From positions 1-41,946 of the forward strand of contig JAUYEP010000375.1 in NCBI GenBank assembly GCA_030689765.1: a stretch of 41,946 nt of DNA, written 5' to 3'. This DNA comes from Methylovulum sp. (lineage in GTDB: Bacteria > Pseudomonadota > Gammaproteobacteria > Methylococcales > Methylomonadaceae). The notes below the pieces were generated by a model. The model searched no databases, was not told the origin of the DNA, and was given only the letters and a program-made list of their open reading frames with translations. Of the stretch, positions 38,469-41,946 are shown piece by piece (positions within the stretch are counted from its first letter, which is position 1; each line of letters starts with the position of its first letter). The position numbers were made by a program, and so were the translations under genes.

Positions 38469-39140
38469 TTATCCTGCTTTTGCCAATTCCGCACGCATAT
38501 CGTCTATAACTTTTTTATAATCAGGTTGGCTAAAAATCGCCGACCCCGCTACAAAGGTATCCGCACCAGCCGCTTTAATTTCACGGATATTATCAACTTT
38601 TACGCCGCCATCAATTTCCAGACGTATATCAAAACCGCTGTCATCAATCCTTTGTCTGACCTGACGTAATTTGTCCAGCGCTGACGGTATGAACGATTGC
38701 CCACCAAACCCTGGGTTTACCGACATCAGCAAAATCATGTCCAATTTATCCATGACATAATCCAGATGATGTAAAGGCGTTCCCGGGTTGAACACCAGCC
38801 CAGCCTTACAGCCACAATCATGAATCAACTGTAAAGTGCGGTCGATATGCACGGAACCTTCCGGATGAAACGTAATAATGCTGGCGCCTGCTTTGGCAAA
38901 ATCGGGCACTATGCGATCTACTGGTTCAACCATCAAATGCACATCAATTGGCGCCGTCACACCGTGTTTTCTCAATGCTTCGCAGACCAATGGCCCAATC
39001 GTCAGGTTGGGGACGAAATGGTTGTCCATCACATCAAAATGCACAACATCTGCACCGGCATCTAAAACCTTATCGACCTCTTCGCCTAATTTGGCAAAAT
39101 TTGCAGATAAGATGGAAGGGGCAATCCAGTTTGGGTTCAT
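38469..39140 (-). CDS. rpe: Ribulose-phosphate 3-epimerase
   Basis: [49 protein letters not shown]. Confidence 0.99.
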   Translation of the reverse strand: MNPNWIAPSILSANFAKLGEEVDKVLDAGADVVHFDVMDNHFVPNLTIGPLVCEALRKHGVTAPIDVHLMVEPVDRIVPDFAKAGASIITFHPEGSVHIDRTLQLIHDCGCKAGLVFNPGTPLHHLDYVMDKLDMILLMSVNPGFGGQSFIPSALDKLRQVRQRIDDSGFDIRLEIDGGVKVDNIREIKAAGADTFVAGSAIFSQPDYKKVIDDMRAELAKAG

Positions 39141-39259
39141 GTTTAATCCTCGTAAGTAAAATAAGCTTAAACTTAAGCTTCATTATATTTCGGTTTTTTT
39201 GCCTGTAGTTCTTTGTTATACAATGGCGGCATCGCCTATGATACAGGAAAATATAACCG

Positions 39260-40132
39260 ATGAAACTGGTCACTTTTACGCATAATAAACAATCACGGGT
39301 CGGCGCAGTTGTCGGTGATTCAATTATTGATAGCCAGGGTTGTGCGGGCATTCCGGCGACGCTGATTGACTTTCTCAGGGCGGGCACGGACGCACTATCG
39401 GCTATGCAGCAGCAGATCAACAGCGGTAATTCCCGTATTGCGTTGCATGAAGCCAAATTGGAAGCGCCTATACCAAGGCCGGGTAAATATTTGGGCATCA
39501 GCCTTAACTATGCCGATCATATTGCTGAAACAGGCCAGGGCAAACCCGAATACCCCAGTTTTTTTACCAAGCAAAGCACCTGTGTCATCGGTCATGGCGC
39601 CGCCATACACCGGCCTAAAGTGTCGGACAAGCTCGATTATGAAGGCGAACTGGCTTTTGTCATCGGCAAACCATGCCGCCACGTGCCGGTAGCCGAGGCT
39701 AGTCAGTTCATCGCCGGCTTTACCATTGCCAATGATGTGTCTGTGCGTGACTGGCAGATGCGCTCGCCCACCCTAATGATAGGCAAATCATTTGACACCT
39801 GCGGGCCGCTGGGCCCGTGGCTGGTAACGTCTGATGAAATCAGCGACCCTCACAATCTTACAATTAAAACCTGGGTTGATGACGAATTGCGCCAAAGCGC
39901 CAATACCCGGCAGATGATTTTTAACTGCTACGAAATGATCGCTTATTTATCACAGGCAATGACATTGGAACCGGGTGATGTGATAACAACGGGAACACCC
40001 GCCGGCGTAGGCGTAAAAATGCAGCCGAGGGGTTATCTGAAACCTGGCCAGATAGTCCGCATTCAAATTGAAGGTATCGGCGAATTAGCCAATCCGGTTA
40101 TTGAAGAGCCTTGGCATCTCTATAAAGTATGA
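39260..40132 (+). CDS. Fumarylacetoacetate hydrolase family protein
   Basis: LNYADH, LDYEGEL, NDVSVRDWQ, GKSFDT, GDVITTGTPAGVG. Confidence 0.93.
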   Translation: MKLVTFTHNKQSRVGAVVGDSIIDSQGCAGIPATLIDFLRAGTDALSAMQQQINSGNSRIALHEAKLEAPIPRPGKYLGISLNYADHIAETGQGKPEYPSFFTKQSTCVIGHGAAIHRPKVSDKLDYEGELAFVIGKPCRHVPVAEASQFIAGFTIANDVSVRDWQMRSPTLMIGKSFDTCGPLGPWLVTSDEISDPHNLTIKTWVDDELRQSANTRQMIFNCYEMIAYLSQAMTLEPGDVITTGTPAGVGVKMQPRGYLKPGQIVRIQIEGIGELANPVIEEPWHLYKV

Positions 40133-40309
40133 TGAAAAAATTTTACTGAAATGGCCAGATACAGATAACAGCCTTTGCTTAATGGGATATTATCTGTTCA
40201 CCTGTTTGTTCTTGAAAAAGCAGGGCCGCAACCTTTCCTGGCTTCCAGTGATTTTTGGAAGTTATTTTTAACCCAACCAAGCGTGTCAAACAATCCAAGA
40301 GGTACAACC

Positions 40310-40603
40310 ATGTCTAGCCAACACCATAAAGCTATTGCCTTGTCATTGTTAGCCATTACAGCCTGTGCAAGCCCACGTTTATGGGCAGAAACTGACAAAC
40401 GAGCGCTACAGCAGCAACTTAACCAACAAGTGTTAGCCCAACCACTGGATAGCGTGGAGGATGCCAGCTTGAGCAAAGCGCTTAAAGAAGCGGCGGAGCG
40501 GGGCCAACCCAGCAAATCAAAAACACAAACTGAATACTACCAGTATTTGCACAACGGCTACTATTACCCTTACGCCGCCTATCGTTTGGGTTATTGGTAT
40601 TAA
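40310..40603 (+). CDS. Small secreted hypothetical protein with a Tyr-rich C-terminus
   Basis: ATG at 40310 after SD AGAGG; signal-peptide-like N-terminus (KAIALSLLAITACASPRLWA); ends YYQYLHNGYYYPYAAYRLGYWY. Confidence 0.7.
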   Translation: MSSQHHKAIALSLLAITACASPRLWAETDKRALQQQLNQQVLAQPLDSVEDASLSKALKEAAERGQPSKSKTQTEYYQYLHNGYYYPYAAYRLGYWY

Positions 40604-40631
40604 TTGAATTTTTTATAAATTGGAGTGAGAT

Positions 40632-41396
40632 ATGAGTAATGTGAACCAAATGAAGACAGCCGTATTAATCAGTGCAATAACTTGTGCGCTCGCGTTAGGG
40701 GGTTGTGCCGCCGTCAGCACTTCAATTGCCCACAAGGACTTGGATGTGCAAACTAAAATGAGTGACACGATTTTCTTAGATCCCGTAGAACCTGAGAAAA
40801 AAGTGATCTATATCGAAATTCGCAATACTTCAGATAAAACCAATTTTGACATCGCGGCGCCGGTGCAACGCGCGTTACAAGCCAAGGGTTATACCATCAC
40901 CACCAACCCAAAAATAGCCCATTATTGGTTGCGCGCCAATGTGTTGAGCGTGGATAAAGCCAGCCCAACGGCAGCACAAGCGGCTTTAAGTTCGGGTTTT
41001 GGCGGCGCCCTTGCAGGTGCGGCTTTGGGTGGCACCATCGGTGCAGCCAGCGCGGGGTGGGGTGGTGTTGGTTACGGTGCAATGGCGGGTGGCTTGGCGG
41101 GTGCCGCCATTGAAACTATTGCCAACGCGGCGGTTAAAGATGTGACCTATATGGTGATTACTGATGTGGAAATTGCCGAACAAGCCGAACAAGGTGTCAT
41201 CGTGCGTCAGGACAGCAAGCAAGATGCCAAACAGGGCATAGGCGGCTCACGCGTACAATCGTCTTCTGAACTCAGCGACAAAAAGAAATACCGCACCCGC
41301 ATAGTTAGCACCGCTAATAAAGTCAATTTGGATTACACAGAAGCGGCGACCGATTTGACTAACGGTTTAGTGCGTTCTATTTCTGGATTATTTTAA
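40632..41396 (+). CDS. traT: TraT family (complement resistance/surface exclusion) lipoprotein
   Basis: Lipobox LGGC; LDVQTKMSDTIFLDPV, RNTSDK, a glycine-zipper segment, DVTYMVITDVEI, YRTRIVSTANKVNL, SISGLF. Confidence 0.92.
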   Translation: MSNVNQMKTAVLISAITCALALGGCAAVSTSIAHKDLDVQTKMSDTIFLDPVEPEKKVIYIEIRNTSDKTNFDIAAPVQRALQAKGYTITTNPKIAHYWLRANVLSVDKASPTAAQAALSSGFGGALAGAALGGTIGAASAGWGGVGYGAMAGGLAGAAIETIANAAVKDVTYMVITDVEIAEQAEQGVIVRQDSKQDAKQGIGGSRVQSSSELSDKKKYRTRIVSTANKVNLDYTEAATDLTNGLVRSISGLF

Positions 41397-41434
41397 AATT
41401 GCAGGTGACGGGCAGCAGGCGGCTGGTGTTTCGT

Positions 41435-41466
41435 TTTATCGTTCCCACGCTCGTGGGAACGATAAA
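41435..41466. repeat. REP-like perfect palindrome (GTTCCCACG family)
   Basis: TTTATCGTTCCCACG-CT-CGTGGGAACGATAAA, 15-bp arms. Confidence 0.8.
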
Positions 41467-41470
41467 CGCT

Positions 41471-41499
41471 GTAGAGACGTTGCACCGCAACGTCTCTAC
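41471..41499. repeat. GTAG-REP perfect palindrome (same family as 1601-1715)
   Basis: GTAGAGACGTTGC-ACC-GCAACGTCTCTAC, 13-bp arms. Confidence 0.85.
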
Positions 41500-41525
41500 T
41501 GCACCATGTGTTGCCGCAATTGCCG

Positions 41526-41720
41526 TTATCTTGGCAACCCCAACGTTTTGTTTGTACTCCACAACTCCGCTTTGTCGATTTTACCGGATAAACGGCTCAA
41601 CCAGTGTTGACCAACCGGCACGGCAGCATCGGGCAATTCATTCAGGCGTTGCAACACACGTTGCAACGCGTCATCGCGCCCAAGATTCACCAAACCATTA
41701 ATCGCACTATATGCCATCAT
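41526..41720 (-). CDS. Short ORF or gene remnant of unknown function
   Basis: 64-aa ORF that stops just before the REP cluster. No family recognised and no clear SD. Confidence 0.25.
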   Translation of the reverse strand: MMAYSAINGLVNLGRDDALQRVLQRLNELPDAAVPVGQHWLSRLSGKIDKAELWSTNKTLGLPR

Positions 41721-41752
41721 TTTGCACCATTTTAGCGTGCTTCAATACTAGG

Positions 41753-41946
41753 CTATAAAACGCCTTTGGAATTTAAACGAGGGGTTTTACAGCAAGGTTC
41801 ACCCTCATTAAGGGTATAAACTATGCCTTTCAAACGCATCAATTGCCTTGGATAAGAGGTAGCAAGTTTTCCAGAATCGGTTGTAACCGCTCCCAAGCCA
41901 AAGGCTGATCAAGCTGTAAGCTTATGGTCTCGGCAAGCACATTACA
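41753..41946 (-). pseudogene. Frameshifted C-terminal fragment of a CobW/COG0523 GTPase-family gene (5' part beyond the right edge)
   Basis: One frame reads ETISLQLDQPLAWERLQPILENL and then stops at 41839. After a 1-nt shift near 41864 another frame reads TSYPRQLMRLKGIVYTLNEGEP. Joined, they fit the CobW_C pattern (pl.w..l...l..l.......llR.KGiv). Confidence 0.6.

Noticed and set aside
40175-40309. 45-aa N-terminal extension of the Tyr-rich ORF
   Set aside because: ATG 40310 has an SD and is directly followed by a signal-peptide-like segment.
41646-41669. 10-bp inverted repeat GCGTTGCAAC-ACAC-GTTGCAACGC
   Set aside because: It lacks GTAG ends and can arise from the LQR-V-LQR codon repeat, since TTGCAA is self-complementary; not called as a REP.
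41399-41701. 100-aa + strand ORF and 61-aa - strand ORF over the REP cluster
   Set aside because: Translations of palindromic repeats (VETLHRNVST / VETLRCNVST), typical REP-derived spurious ORFs.

Overview
Mostly housekeeping chromosome from a gammaproteobacterium. Gene order and protein style suggest Methylococcales, but that is inference and no marker gene here proves it. From left to right: (1) a small accessory region (1-7400) with a window-truncated TonB-dependent receptor, a probable type I-secreted delta-60 beta-propeller/RTX protein, nadA, an orphan methyltransferase-like gene, two adjacent MITE-like inverted-repeat elements and a MAPEG gene; (2) a complete minus-strand dcw cluster (mraZ-rsmH-ftsL-ftsI-murE-murF-mraY-murD-ftsW-murG-murC-murB-ddl-ftsQ-ftsA-ftsZ) with its sigma70 promoter and MraZ boxes, but no lpxC; (3) RNase P RNA and a divergent CysB-family/TauE pair; (4) def-fmt-rsmB-DUF4390-ntrY-ntrX; (5) rplM-rpsI, minCDE, a DUF2582-like winged-helix gene, rpe, an FAA-hydrolase gene, a Tyr-rich secreted protein, a chromosomal traT and a frameshifted CobW C-terminal fragment at the right edge. 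Three families of REP-like palindromes occur in intergenic regions. I found no CRISPR array, tRNA, rRNA, transposase or convincing novel multi-gene system. The best leads are the RTX propeller + TonB receptor pair, a 36-codon duplication-bounded insert in FtsI, an in-frame repeat-like insert in NtrY, a degenerate AAA+ domain in NtrX, composite REP/MITE elements, and the secreted protein + TraT pair.
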